Positions 1 through 13,661 of a stretch of 64,000 nucleotides of DNA are shown here, piece by piece (position 1 is the first letter of the stretch; every line of letters begins with the position of its first letter). A model generated the notes under the pieces. That model searched no databases. It was given only the letters and a program-made list of their open reading frames with translations, and was not told where the DNA came from. The translations under genes and the position numbers were made by a program. The DNA is from Octopus vulgaris (taxonomy: Eukaryota). The DNA lies in contig OX597837.1 of the NCBI GenBank assembly GCA_951406725.2, forward strand, positions 124,001 to 188,000, in the 5' to 3' direction.

Positions 1-18
1 TTTTGTTTTAATCTTAAC

Positions 19-230
19 TTCAAATTTTGGCACAAAGCCAGCAACTTCGCGGGAGGGGTTAAGTCGGTTATATCGATCCCAGTACTCAACTGGTACTTAT
101 TCTTATCGACCCCGAAAGGATGAAAGGCGAGGTCGACCTCGGTGGAATTTGAACTCAAAACGTAAAGACGGACGAAATATCACTAAGTATCTAGTCCGGA
201 GCGATAACAATTCTGCCAGCTCTGAGCCTT
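19..230 (-). mobile_element. tRNA-derived SINE, family A
   Basis: Reverse complement has a tRNA-like head (GCTGGCAGAATTGTTATC...GAGTTCAAATTCC box B-like) and the family core GAGGTCGAC..GCCTTTCATCCTTTCGGGGTCGATAA..AAGTACCAG; more than 12 copies in the window. Confidence 0.85.
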
Positions 231-249
231 AATTTTGCTTTCATATTGA

Positions 250-455
250 TTCCAAATTTTGGCACAAGGCCAGCACTTTCGGAGGAGGGGAAAATCGATT
301 ACATGACCTCCAGTGTTTGACTTGAACTTATTTTATCGACCCCCAAAAGATGAAAGGCAAAGTCGACCTCGGCGGCATTTGAACACATTTGAACATTTGA
401 AATGTCGCTAAGCATTTTGCCCGGCGTGCTAACGATTCTGCCATCATGCCGCCTT
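250..455 (-). mobile_element. tRNA-derived SINE, family A (tandem second copy)
   Basis: Same core (gatgaaaggcaaagtcgacctcggcgg..tttgaac) and head (gctaagcattttgcccggcgtgctaacgattctgcc). Confidence 0.85.
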
Positions 456-1705
456 CAGATTTGCTTTGATATCAAAACAAATTTCCTAATCACGATACGA
501 ACTCACCGATTATTATGTGTAAAGATAAATGTCCCTCATAAAAAACCCGAATAGAAAATGTCTTACGCTTAGTGAGGAATATTGAAATAATGCGATGAAG
601 GAAAACAATGACCTACTTAAGAGGTTCTCTGTGTGTGTATGTGTGTGTCTGTGCACGCATGTATAAGCGTGTGTGTAAGCATGTTAGTGAGTATATATAT
701 ATATATATATATATACGCACACACGTTAGATACAAACGTACAGAAACAGATAAAATCAACCATGATTGCAATAAAATGACATTAATACATATTATAACTT
801 CATTTACAAACACAAACACTCACACACGCGCCTTCGCACACATACAGACACTCAAACACACACATAAAAGCCATACCTCTGTAGGTATACTTGTACAGAA
901 TATCGAAAAATACATACGACCATATATTATCATAAGCACACACACACACACACACGCACATACAAACATACACACACACACAAACATACACACACAACAT
1001 GCACCATGCACACAAACACACGCTCATATACGCTTACACTAACACACATATATACATACAATCGTACCTGTGTTTATATAGGTATTTCGAAATATACAAA
1101 TCTACAAATATTGACATAAACATTCCCCCATCCCCACATTCGTACAAATACACACACAAACAGAAGTGTCTAACAGACGATGCCATCTTCAAGACAATTT
1201 ACCATTCTACACAGAACGAATATCTTTAACAGCAAACACTGCTCAATATCTGATAACAAAACACCAACAACACTTCTGGATTAAACACACAGACGCTTCA
1301 TTCGTTTCGTTTTTATCTTCAGGCCACCATTTTGTTTTCACACCATTTCTTCTCAGTTTTATGTTTAATTTGAGTTTTATTTTTAGTTTTTTTTTACCTT
1401 TCTTTTATAAATTTGCGCGTATGCGCACAGTCGAGCACATACCCACACATACAGACAGACAGACAAACACACACACACATGAATGTACGTATATGTATGT
1501 ATGTATGAATGTATGTATGTATGTATGTATATATATATACATACATATACGTACATTCATGTGTGAGTGTGTGTCGGTCTATATGTGTGTGTGTGTGTGT
1601 GCATGTGATATATATATATATATCTGTTTGCATATATGCGTATTTATATACATGTACTTATATATGTATATATATGCATATATATGTATATATATATTTG
1701 CATAT

Positions 1706-1744
<39 letters not shown>

Positions 1745-2359
1745 TTATAAATATATTCATTTATGTACATAATAATTATATACATATATGTGTGAATATA
1801 TATGCATAATAGATATATATATTCACAAAGGAGTGAAATAAAGAGTCAGAGAGCACGACAGAAAGAGAGGGAGAGGGAGAAAGAGGGAGAGAGAGAGGTG
1901 AAAAGAGAAAGAGAGCTCAAGAGGAAGAGAGTATATTTAATTTTTCTTTTCTCTAAATGTGTTTCTCAAAATGTGTTTCTCAAAATAATTTTCTCATTTC
2001 TGAAATAAAATCCTCTTTTTTCTTTCGTTTGATGAGTTGTGCATTCGTCGTAACATTTCGAGAGAAAAAAAAGTCCAAAGTATAAATATGAAGGCTACAA
2101 GCAGGACCCCAACCCCGACTCACAAAGCAACCAAAGTAGAGAATAGAAAAAAGCGTTAAATAAAAGAGATCCTCTTAGCTGTGTACAGTTTGTAATCTTC
2201 CAGTGATTGGCGGATATTCAATACATATACGTATAGATGTACACGTACGTGGATGCGTACATAAACACATGTACATATATGCATACATACACATACACAC
2301 ACACACACACACGTATATTAATATATGTACAAATATATACTTAAATATATATCTCTCTG

Positions 2360-2449
<90 letters not shown>

Positions 2450-3001
2450 AGGATGAATATATTAAATATATTGGTTAAAATATGAAATTGCAACCGTACT
2501 TATAAAGGTCATAGACGTTCCCCAGTGGACAGTTTCGTTTATACAAATTTTCTTAGCTTCTATTTTGATGGCGTAAATGTATAGACCCCACCCTGCCCCA
2601 CAACATTAAACGTATCGATTCCGTCTTCGATTTCGTTATATAGTTACGAGAGTAACAGTCGAATATATGTTGCCGGCAGACTAAGGTTTAACATAATTAT
2701 AAATTTCGGGTTTGTCTCATTTAGGAAACGATTCTTTTCGTCACTATGATTGTAATTTTAAAATAATCGACCTTTTTTTCTAGCCTGGGAAAGAAAGAAA
2801 AAAGGTGCCATTCAAAAAGTGGAGTTCGTGTAATTGACTGAACCCCGCCGACAACCTCAAATTTCAGGTCCAGTTACTCCTTCATCTTTGGGGAGATGAA
2901 AGACGAAATAAGATACCAATTTGGAACTGGCATCAGTGTGATTGATTAACCCACATATCCTTCTCCTCAAAAGTTGCTGGCCTTGTGCCTAAGTTAGAAA
3001 T

Positions 3002-3044
<43 letters not shown>

Positions 3045-3760
3045 CTTCTTCTTCTTCTTCTTCTTCTTCTTCTTCTTCTTCTTCTTCTTCTTCTTCTCAT
3101 CAAGATGGCTTTTAAGGTGTCCCGCCGAACAAATATAAGTAAATACGAAGATGAAAAAGAAACAAATACGATTGTTTGACGTAATTAGTATTTTATCTCA
3201 ATAAACGAGACCAGAACAAATCTGACAGCGTTTATCAGTAATGTTTTGACATTCAGAGTCACTCGGTAGCCATATTGTCTGCGACAACCAGTCCTGTTCG
3301 GCAGCCATATTGTCTGCTATAAAATTCCTTGCACAATTCTCCGACCATTTACGCTTCCAGGAATACAATTGTGGTATCGGACGATATTGGTTGAAATCTA
3401 GAAAGTTCGTTTAAATAACCTGTCAAAAGAGCTCGTAATCTCGTACAGACGATAATTGCTGTGAGACGTACGTTTTTCTATTCGATATAGCTTTCCCATT
3501 ATGTCTTGTTTTATGCAGCGATTTTTAGATATTTTTAGATGCAACATCGACAACAACAACAACAACAATGACAACAAAATCACCATCAATAACAGCAAAA
3601 CCAATAACTTGTAGGATCCCATCAACAAAAATAGCAACAACAACAACAACAACAATAACCAACAGCGAAAACGTCAATCACGAAAGCCGCCACAACCATC
3701 ACATTTTTTTCCCGAATACAGTCACCCACTACATCACCACCACTGTCACAGGTGGTGGTA

Positions 3761-3798
<38 letters not shown>

Positions 3799-3908
3799 AA
3801 TAATAATAACAACAATAATAATGAAGAAGTGTGTCAAAACTACCGATGCCTGTCCTAAATATCTGGTTGATATTCTGTAATTACATAAAAAGCAAAATTA
3901 AAATAATG

Positions 3909-3987
<79 letters not shown>

Positions 3988-4018
3988 TAATAAAATGAAG
4001 CCATAATAATAATAATAA

Positions 4019-4756
4019 CAACAAAATGAAACCATTGATCATGTTGTCTCCAAGTGCAGTCTTCTAGCGCCTACAGAGTATCTAAACAGGCATGATAGAG
4101 CTGCCCAATATATTCACTGGGTAATTTGCAAAAACCTGGACTTGCTCCATGATAAAAACTGGTGGGAACACAAACCACCGCCAGTGCTTGAAAATGACCA
4201 CATCTCACTCCTCTGGAACTTCACCATTCAAACTGATAGAGAGACAGATGCGAATAGGCCGGACATTATAATGAAAGACTTCTGACAAAAATCATGCCTC
4301 CTCATTGATATGACTGTCCCAATCGACATAAACGTATCTGTCAAGACCTACCAAAAGCTGAGCAAGTATTAAGATCTTGAAATAGAAATTGGCAAAATGT
4401 GGAACCTGACAAGACTAAAACAATACCGGTTGTCGTAGGTTCCCTAGGAATGATAACGAAAGGGGCTGATTGCTACCTAGCTCAGATACCAGGAAACCCC
4501 CAAATGGCAGAAATTCAAAAGATAGTGCTCATGGGATCTACCCATATCCTACGTAGAATATTGTCTATGTAATCTCTAATTTGAAAACAAATTTTCTTAT
4601 GTTTTCTTAAACATTCTCTAGAACAATACTATGTGTAAAACCAAATATATGGCACCCTAGGCATAACACCAACTTGAACTTCTAACTTGTCCCTTAAGGT
4701 CTCTGGGTGAGACTTGGAGACAACTTGTACAAATGCAAAGCAAAAATCAAACATAT
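4019..4756 (+). mobile_element. R4/Dong-like non-LTR retrotransposon 3' fragment (zinc knuckle remnant, REL endonuclease, 3' UTR), decayed
   Basis: Manual translation ETIDHVVSKC..RHDRAAQYIHW..NRPDII..LIDMTVP..KLSKY*DLEIE..IPVVVG with stops and a frameshift; flanked by (AAT)n on both sides. Confidence 0.85.
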
Positions 4757-4769
4757 AATAATAATAATG

Positions 4770-4853
<84 letters not shown>

Positions 4854-4854
4854 G

Positions 4855-4982
4855 TTTCTACTATAGGCACAAGGCCTGAAATTTGGGGAGGGAACTAGTC
4901 GATTGAATCGATCCCAGTGTTTCACTCGTGCTTAATTTATCGACCCCGAAAGGATGAAAGATAAAGTCGACCTCGGTGGAAT
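4855..4982 (-). mobile_element. SINE family A, partial
   Basis: cgaccccgaaaggatgaaagataaagtcgacctcgg core plus tail ttctactataggcacaaggcctgaaattt. Confidence 0.8.
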
Positions 4983-5002
4983 ATATTATTAATAAAATAG
5001 TT

Positions 5003-5559
5003 AATGCTCTGATGCAGCACCAGGCAGTGGCTCTCATGGCTTCTGATCTTAACTGATTGGAAGTGTTATCATCTACATTGTTTTGTCATCGTATAAAAGA
5101 TGGGCTACAGCAAATATTCTGCTCAATACCACAGATGTGTTTGTCAGTTGTTTGACCACAACCAGTTGAGCATGTCCCCTAGTGGCTGACGATATGTGCA
5201 TCTCTGATCACGAGCAAAAGTAGTTGGGGAGCATCATAGTCGTGTGTTGAGAGGAATTCTTTGGTGTTTGGATAATTCGCATCTGGAAACATGGGTGGTT
5301 TGTTCAACATCCTTAAACAATCCTTATTCAGGGACCTTTTGAGTAGGATGGGCTACTCGATCTGAAAAAATTCTAACTGGGTCCCACCTACAAGGCCATG
5401 CGCTGTTAATCTTGATATGAGATCACCATGTCGTGCACGTGTGGTTGTGATGCATGTGCCTGGTGTACCCTTATCAGACGGGTAGTCATGATGGGTATAT
5501 TGGGCTTCGTATATTTTACCCCAGTGTCACTTTGACGATATGCACTGCTCTCTCACTCA
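5003..5559 (+). mobile_element. ~555-bp non-coding interspersed element ending in (AAT)n
   Basis: Colinear, highly similar copy at 28157-28710 (-) with the same ends (aatgc.ctgatgcag...gcactgc.ctctcactcaataat). Confidence 0.8.
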
Positions 5560-5565
5560 ATAATA

Positions 5566-5677
<112 letters not shown>

Positions 5678-5927
5678 TAATAATAATAATATATTTGATT
5701 ATTATTATGATGATGACGATGATGATGATAATAATGGTGATGAAAATGATGATGGTGATGATGATTGTAGTGCTGATGGCTGCCATGATTAGAAAGATAG
5801 TTGTGGGGGACGTGTTGATGATAGAATGGTGTTAAATAAATGATGATGACGATGATGATGATAATAATAATAATAATAATAATAACAATAACAACAACAG
5901 CAACAACAAAATTGATAATAATAATAA

Positions 5928-6062
5928 TCGTGCCAATAATTGTTGGTGCCTTAGGTACCGTGAGCCAAGAAATTCAAAATTGGTTGGAAAAGATTGGCAT
6001 AAAAATGAAAATGGAGAACATCTAAAAAAAAACAAACCGGCATTATTTAGCAGTGCTAAGAC
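5928..6062 (+). mobile_element. REL-type LINE C-terminal fragment
   Basis: VPIIVGALGTVSQEIQNWLEKIGI, the typical REL C-terminal motif, directly after an (AAT)n array. Confidence 0.65.
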
Positions 6063-6221
6063 TGTTTGCTAAAACGGGGAGACTTGAAAAGAATATTCCA
6101 CCTTAGATGATGGCAAGTGAACAGCTGGGACATTAATGGCACAGCAACAAGTTGAGTATGTCAACTGCGATGAACTCAAGAGGGGAAATGCGGAGCAAGT
6201 GAAATCGACAACAATAACAAT

Positions 6222-6656
6222 CTTTCTACTAAAGGCACAAGACCTGAAATGTTTGTGAGGTAAGGGGACTAGTCGAGTACATCGACCCCCAAAGTCGACC
6301 TCGGCAGAATTTGAACTCAGAACGTACTGAAGGACGAAATGTCACTATTTTGCCCGGCACGCTAACAATTCTACCAGCTCGCTGACTTAACAACAAGAAC
6401 AAGAACAACAACAACAACAACAATAATCCTTTCTACTATAGGCACAAGGCCTGAAATTTGGAGGAGGGGAATAGTCGATTATATCGATCCCAGTGTTTCA
6501 CTGGTATTTAATTTATCGACCCCGAAAGGATGAAAGATAAAGTCAACCTCGGCGGAATTTGAACTCAGAACGTAGCGGCAGACGAAATACCGCTAAGCAT
6601 TTCGCCCGGCGTGCTAACGATTCTGCCAGCACGACGCCTTAACAATAATAATAATG

Positions 6657-6715
<59 letters not shown>

Positions 6716-6800
6716 CCTTTCTGCAATAAGCACAAAGCCTGAAAGTTGTGGGGAGAGTTTAATCGATTACACTGACCTCAATGTTACACTGGTACTTATT
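6222..6800 (-). mobile_element. Cluster of three SINE family A copies (6222-6389, 6427-6641, 6715-6800)
   Basis: Repeated family head, core and tail separated by (AAC)n and (AAT)n. Confidence 0.85.
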
Positions 6801-6809
6801 TAAAAGTAG

Positions 6810-7560
6810 AACGGTGAAGTGACCATCACGATAGACTCGGCTGCTAGCCGGATCCGTCTTAACCACAGCAACAATAGTAAATCTTGGACACTGACTGGAT
6901 GCGAGAAAGACAATTTCGTTCCTTAACGCGCTCTACAGAAAGACCCATCTGACGGAATTCGCGTCATTGCAGAGAAAAAGTTTTGAACCGGTGATGCTCC
7001 TCGGTTGCATTGCCAAGCAAAGGGTTTTTGAAGATATCCATAGTCGTCCTTAGCCCCAAAGTCCGACTTTATCGATGCCTAGTGGTTCCTCAAGACGTTT
7101 TCTTTATCTATTGTTAACGTGAACATTCCACCGCATTGCATGACTAGCAAAAGGGAGTGAAGGCCTGAATATATTCCAGACGACAGGTTTCCTATTCTGG
7201 TCTTTTATCTTGGCCCGAGGTCGCAGCTTTATCAAAGAGATGAGCTGAGAAAAGATGTGCCTTACAATCGGAGACCACACCCACTTATTGCTATGTGTTT
7301 CTGAGTATCAACGGTCATGGCATGCTGAGCCCACCTGGCAGAGAGTGTGAGTAGTTGACGGACTACTTGACCGATAGAAAGCGTCTCTTTCAGAGGAAGC
7401 AGAAGAACGGATGCTATATTTTGATTTGACGGGAGCTGGGGCCAGGCACGGAGGTCTACACACAACACTTTCATAAGCGCTTACTAAAGAAGCTCAACCC
7501 ACACAACATATCGCCATCACTCGAAGCAATGCTATTCACCATTCTAGATAACCATAGATA
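6810..7560 (-). mobile_element. Decayed Tx1/L1-like LINE ORF2 3' region
   Basis: Manual minus-strand translation FFCFL*KRR..PGGLSMP and ..FAWQCNRGASPV resemble the post-RT GGLG and zf-RVT-proximal motifs; many stops. Confidence 0.55.
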
Positions 7561-7637
7561 CACAACTCTCCGCGTCCAGAAAATTCGCCGAAAGGACAAT
7601 GACAAAGCGTATCATACCTGCATTTTTAAAAATAATA

Positions 7638-7708
<71 letters not shown>

Positions 7709-8583
7709 AATAATAATAAAAAGAATAAGAGAATAAGCATTAAACAAGCAAATCTTTATTCAACGTCAAACATAAAAAAAATCCATGAGATAATTTAAAA
7801 GGAAATTTCTTACGGCAAATTTCCCCACGGCGAAAATGTTTATGGCGAAATTTCCTATAACCATAACTCATTATTACCACACAAAGCACACACTCCTTCC
7901 CACACTGGGCAGAATAACTGTCAGGCACGGAAACACAAACATCAACCAACAAAATAACAAAAAAAACACTGAAGATATTTGACACAGCGGAGGGAAACAC
8001 TATAATGGCAGGAGAAACCGTCAGCTAATCCCCACAGTAAAGCAAAACTGTTGTTTGTTTATACAGATCTATAAGCTCTCATAACATAAGCGGTGTCCCA
8101 TGAACATGGCGGATGCGACAGTTGATTGTGCAGAGAGTCTCGCGTGTTGCTGTTAAACAACAACATCAACATCATCAACAATAACAACAACAACAATAAT
8201 GACAATGACAACAAAAACAACAGCAATAATGAGAATAAACAACACTAGCAACAACAATAACATTATCATCATCCGCATCAACATCAACAATAATAGTGAT
8301 AACGACAACAACAATAACAACAATGTCGTTTCGTGTCGCAGAACTACGAAGGCAGAGACGGACCTTACAAAGCCAAAGTTCTAACAGAAGGTATTTCATT
8401 TTGGTTGTGTTGGGTGAGAAGAAAAAAAAAATGATTTGAAATCCTATATTGGAACTGGGGCAATTCCATCGTTGAAGAGTTGTATTCGCCATTTTAAATA
8501 CACACATTATTACTTTCGCATTCGTTTTATACCATGTTAATGTTGTGTATGATCAACAAGTTTCGTCTTATATCTGCGACCTC

Positions 8584-8965
8584 AAGGTGGCAAGCTGGCA
8601 GAAGCGGTAGCACGCCGGGCGAAATGCTTAGCGATATTTCGTCTGCCGCTACGTTCTGAGTTCAAATTCCGCCGAGGTCGACTTTGCCTTTCATCCTTTC
8701 GGGGTCGATAAATTAAGTACCAGTTATGCACTGGAGTCGATGTAATCGACTTAATCTGTGTGTCTGTCCTTGTTTGTCCCCTCTGTGTTTAGCCCTTGTG
8801 GGTAGTAAAGAAATAGGTATTTCGTCTGTCTTTACGTTCTGAGTTCAAATTCCGCCGAAGTCGACTTTACCTTTCATCCTTTCGGAGTCGATAAATTAAG
8901 TACCAGTTGCGTACTGGAGTCGATCTAATCCCCCAATTGCGGGCCTTGTGCTTACAGTAGAAAAT
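8584..8965 (+). mobile_element. SINE family A with internal duplication of its body
   Basis: tatttcgtctg..acgttctgagttcaaattccgccga.gtcgacttt..ctttcatcctttcgg..aagtaccagtt occurs twice (~8636 and ~8819). Confidence 0.9.
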
Positions 8966-8999
8966 AATATCTGCAACCTCATCAGAATTGTGTCGGCGA

Positions 9000-9210
9000 T
9001 CAGGTCACAGAAGATGGAGAAGCTCGTGTTGGGTACACAATCGTAAATTTGTGGTTTCGAATCCTGGACCGGGCGACGCGTTGTGCTCTTGAGCAAAACA
9101 CTTCATTTCACGTTGCTTTAGTCCACTCAGCTGGCAAAAATGAGTAATCCCGCGACGGACCGGCAGCACGTCCAGAGGGGAAATATATGCGCTACGGAAA
9201 CCGGGACTTT
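9000..9210 (+). mobile_element. tRNA-derived CORE-type SINE, family B
   Basis: gtggtttcgaatcctggaccgggcgacgcgttgtgctcttgagcaaaacacttcatttcacgttgc..ccactcagctggcaaaaatgag; CORE-like CTTGAGCAAnACACTT. Confidence 0.8.
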
Positions 9211-9572
9211 GAGTCTTGGTTGGGAAGGTAGGATGTCACAGATGATGGTTTAAGCTCTTTACTCCAGAGATTTACCAATTCTGTTCGAATATGGCCCTCA
9301 AAATTCATAAAGAACAAAAGAAAGGAACTTGATATGAATAAATAAATAGCCAGTTATATCGACCTCAGAGGTTGACAGTCCCTGGAGGGAGATAGGTGGA
9401 AGTCTATAACGTTGAGGGTTGAGCTTAGAGCATGAAGGGAAGTAACTAACACAAGGTATTTGGTGTGTCGCTCCACCGATTCTGGCATTCAACACAAGTG
9501 GGGCGGGGGGTAGGTAACTGAATATGAAGTGTGTGTGAGATGTATGCAGTGATTTGCTTTGTGCGTGTGTGT

Positions 9573-9604
<32 letters not shown>

Positions 9605-11184
9605 ATAAGCGAGATGCTGTGTCTGTGTGAGATGATGCAAGTAGGAGTATGCTGTTTGCGCACCTGTATAACAATGTTGTGCGTGTGTTTGCGTGTGATA
9701 CTGCGTATGCGTGTGTGAGTTGTGTGTGTGTGTGTGTGTGTGTCGATAAATTGCCATGTATAGTGCTATGTGTGTGTATGTGAATAGTTCTTTACTTGTG
9801 TGTGTTTGTGTGTGTATGTATGTATGTGTGTGTGTGTGCGTCTGTACGATAGTAGCTAGATATAGAACGCAATAGACATAGATAGAGAGAGGTTGAGGAA
9901 GTAAAATAGAGAGAGAGAGAGAGAGCGCGATCGAGAAAGAGAGAGAGAGAGAGTGAAAGAGAGGTGGGTTGAAGAGGTGGAAGGAAGCCACAGAGAATAC
10001 CACGTATGGTGTAATTAGAAAAGGTGGTGGAAGAAGTAGGAGTAAGAATCAATTATAGTGAAGAATGAGGGGGAGGGAGGGATTGAAATGATCTTAATAG
10101 TGGTGGTGGCGGCGGCGGTGGTAGTTGTGCCCGTGGTGGTGGTGGCTGTGATGGTAGTGGTTGTGGCGGTAGTGGCGGTGGTGGTTGTAGCTGTGGTGGT
10201 TGTAGCGGTGTTGGTAGTGGCGGTGCCAGTGTTGGTAGTGGTGGTGATGGTGGCGGTGGTGGTAGTGGCAGTGGTGGTGGTGGCGGTGATGGTTGTGGCG
10301 GTGGTGGTAGTGGTGGTGATAGTAGTGGCAGTGGTGATTGAGTTAGTGATGATGATGGTGGTAGTAACGGTGGTGAATCGTGTTGGTGATAGTTTCCATG
10401 GTAATTGTGATGCTAGTGTGTGCGATGGTTGTAATGATGGCGCTGTAGTAGAAAGACAGTTGTGGTAGAAAAGGTTTTATTGGTGGTGGTTGTTGTGGTA
10501 GTAAAGATTGAGGGAAGTGATGATGGTAGCGGTAGTGGTAGGAATGATAATTGGCGGGAAGGTGATGGCAGTGTTGGTGTCGATGGTAGTGATGATGTTA
10601 TTGTTGTAGTGGTGGTGGTGGCGGCGGCGATGTTTGCAGGCGTTACGGAAGGTGAGCGCGGATGAGGCACAGGTAGTGGGATGAGGTAGAAGTAAGATGG
10701 AAGGTGGAGTGTGGAAAGGTGCGGGTGGTTAAAATAAAGGTAACTGAGGGGGGGAGGCGGTGAGGTAAGAATAGCGGAGAGGGAGAGAGGGAGGAGTCGA
10801 ATGGAATGGGGTGAGGTGAGGTGGCGGGGAGATGTAGGAGGGTGGGTGGAGTGTGATGGGGGAATGTGGGTGAGAAGTGAGAAGATGGTGAAGTAGATTG
10901 GAGAAAGATGGCGAAATATCGTGAATCAACTTTAATTAAGATTGTAACCGTTGATTACATAACATCGTAATTAAAAGTGAACAAACAGTGCCACAATTAC
11001 TTCACAATCATCACCACCCACCCACACAAACACACACCTGTACACACACATACATACACAAACACCTGTGATTAGTGATTTTAATGTATTTCATTGATAA
11101 TAAATACGCGGATGGTGATGTAGATGATAATGGTAATGAGGATGACGACGACGATGCTGATACAGTGGTAGAGATGATGATGAC

Positions 11185-11230
<46 letters not shown>

Positions 11231-11343
11231 GTGAAGTTACTGATGATGCGGATAATATTTTCTATCGTACAGATATATTCAAGGGACGAGGACTGTTCAT
11301 TAAATTCACCACAGACCATCACTGGTATTTGTTGTATAACCGC

Positions 11344-11472
<129 letters not shown>

Positions 11473-11489
11473 TGATGATGATGATGATG

Positions 11490-11543
<54 letters not shown>

Positions 11544-11559
11544 GTAATGATTTCTTTTA

Positions 11560-12190
11560 TTTGCCACCAGGGCGAAGGATGAGGGGGACAATACAAAGAC
11601 AGACATAAGGTGTGTGGGTTTATATATAATGATGAAAGGATTATAAAAAATAGGAGGCACAGTATACATTAAAAATAAAGGCAGTATACATAGTATATAA
11701 CACAAAGAAAGCAAAAAAAAAAAGGAATTGTGATGGGGTCCTCCTGATACAGAAAGGCCTTTAGGGTTGATCGAGGAACCCCACCATTCATGATCACCAC
11801 GGACAAATACCTTTTCCAATGCCTTTCCTCCCACTCGCAGGTCTACACTGGGAGTGGTACCAACCACTCTTGCCATTCTCGCAACTTTCACCCACTCTCT
11901 GATAAATTCACTCAAGGACAGTACTGCTCTCTCCACTCTCACTTTCCTTTTGAAGTGAAACTTGAAAAAGTCGATGAGGGATGTCTCTGTCCTCATTCCT
12001 TTCAGCCTTATCCACCAGACAACCTCTTTCGCCACATCCACCAGACAATGGAAAACTGTCTTGCTTGCCCGATTAAAAGAGGGCGGTGGGGCAGTCATCA
12101 CTATGGACTCGGACGACAGACAGATCCGTTCCACACGTGACAGTAGCTGTTCGACATAACTTCGCAAGTCAGCAGTTCCCGGACACAGTA
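11560..12190 (-). mobile_element. Tx1/L1-like LINE 3' end (ORF2 C-terminus and 3' UTR)
   Basis: CPGTADLRSYVEQLLSRV..AKEVVWW..FFKFHFKRKVRVER; homologous to 26160-26930; 3' end abuts (ATT)n. Confidence 0.75.
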
Positions 12191-12778
12191 AATAAACAGT
12201 CTGATCAACATCTACGAAAAACAGGAGAAAATTCTCCAATTTAATTGGGGAGAAAAGCACGATAGTCACGTGGTATATTATGACGGAACTGATGTAGCTG
12301 TTCTGTCTCTCTCTGTTCTATCTTTGAACCCATTTCTGGGTAAGAGTGACCACCCTGTTCATTACCACATCTTAGTTTCTCTCTACCTGAAGATCTGAAC
12401 CGAGCATTCCCCTGATTAGTTTAAGCGATCCGTCGGTCCAACCCAGTGGACCTGCCTCATCAGATACCAAGCTGAAAGTCCACTAACGTCTCTGGATTTA
12501 CCTTATCCCTTGCCACCGTTTGGTATTCCATTACCGACAGCTTCCAATTTGTTGCCATCCAACACCATGACGGTGACGGAGGTGTCCACGAACGCTTGCA
12601 CATCCTCCCAGGGTTCAATTGGAAAAAGACAGTGGTTCGAAAACCAGAACATATCGAGGAGATAAAAAAAGAGAATGGGATGGGAAGAGTAAAGGAGATA
12701 AAGCGAAGGACGAAGAAGCTGTATAAAGTAGAGATGAAGAAAGACATGAAAGCAAGGAAGAATGTGTAAGGAAAATAG

Positions 12779-12814
<36 letters not shown>

Positions 12815-12822
<8 letters not shown>

Positions 12823-13241
12823 GGGTTAAATGCAACAAGTTGCTCAAAACCACATACCAAAAATATTAGAAATAGCAGCCAAAATTGATCACTATTTTCT
12901 CTACTAATAAAAAGTCTCCACAAACAAACAGAATTTGTAAGCTGTATATCGAGTCGTCTATAATTAATCCATAGGCTGGGATTTCGTTATTTTCTGCCTT
13001 TTTTGCCATATACAGCTTACAAATTCTGTTTGTTTGTGGAGACTTTTATTAGTAGAGGAAATAGTGATCAATTTTGGCTGCTATTTCTAATATTTTCGGT
13101 ATGTGGTTTTGAGCAACTTGTTGCATTCAACCCTTAATTATAATTATTATAACCCTTACCAAATATGGTCTTTTCCATACCGATAAATCTACTAGGTGAA
13201 ATTGATTAATTTTATTAAATTAATTATATTCCACCCTTTAT

Positions 13242-13284
<43 letters not shown>

Positions 13285-13604
13285 TTTATTTATATATATA
13301 TATATTGCATATATATATATATATATATATATATGCAATAAAGGGTGGAATATAATTAATTTAATAAAATTAATCAATTTCACCTAGTAGATTTATCGGT
13401 ATGGAAAAGACCATATTTGGTAAGGGTTATAATAATTATAATTAAGGGTTGAATGCAACAAGTTGCTCAAAACCACATACCGAAAATATTAGAAATAGCA
13501 GCCAAAATTGATCACTATTTCCTCTACTAATAAAAAGTCTCCACAAACAAACAGAATTTGTAAGCTGTATATGGCAAAAAAGGCAGAAAATAATGAAATC
13601 CCAG

Positions 13605-13608
<4 letters not shown>
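12815..13608. repeat. Compound inverted repeat in (TA)n, probable Penelope-like pLTR remnant
   Basis: 12971-13245 is the near-perfect reverse complement of 13333-13608; 12815-12949 is a third partial copy inverted to 13009-13141. Confidence 0.85.

Positions 13609-13661
<53 letters not shown>

Noticed and set aside
2490-2680. Protein-like minus-strand stretch (LYNEIEDGIDTFNVVGQGGVYTF) after a possible acceptor
   Set aside because: In-frame stop just upstream, no recognised homology, and no counterpart beside the second copy of the 239-bp duplicate.
7801-7860. Four ~15-bp GGC(G/A)AAATTTCC-like units
   Set aside because: Possibly DNA-transposon subterminal repeats, but no matching other end was found.
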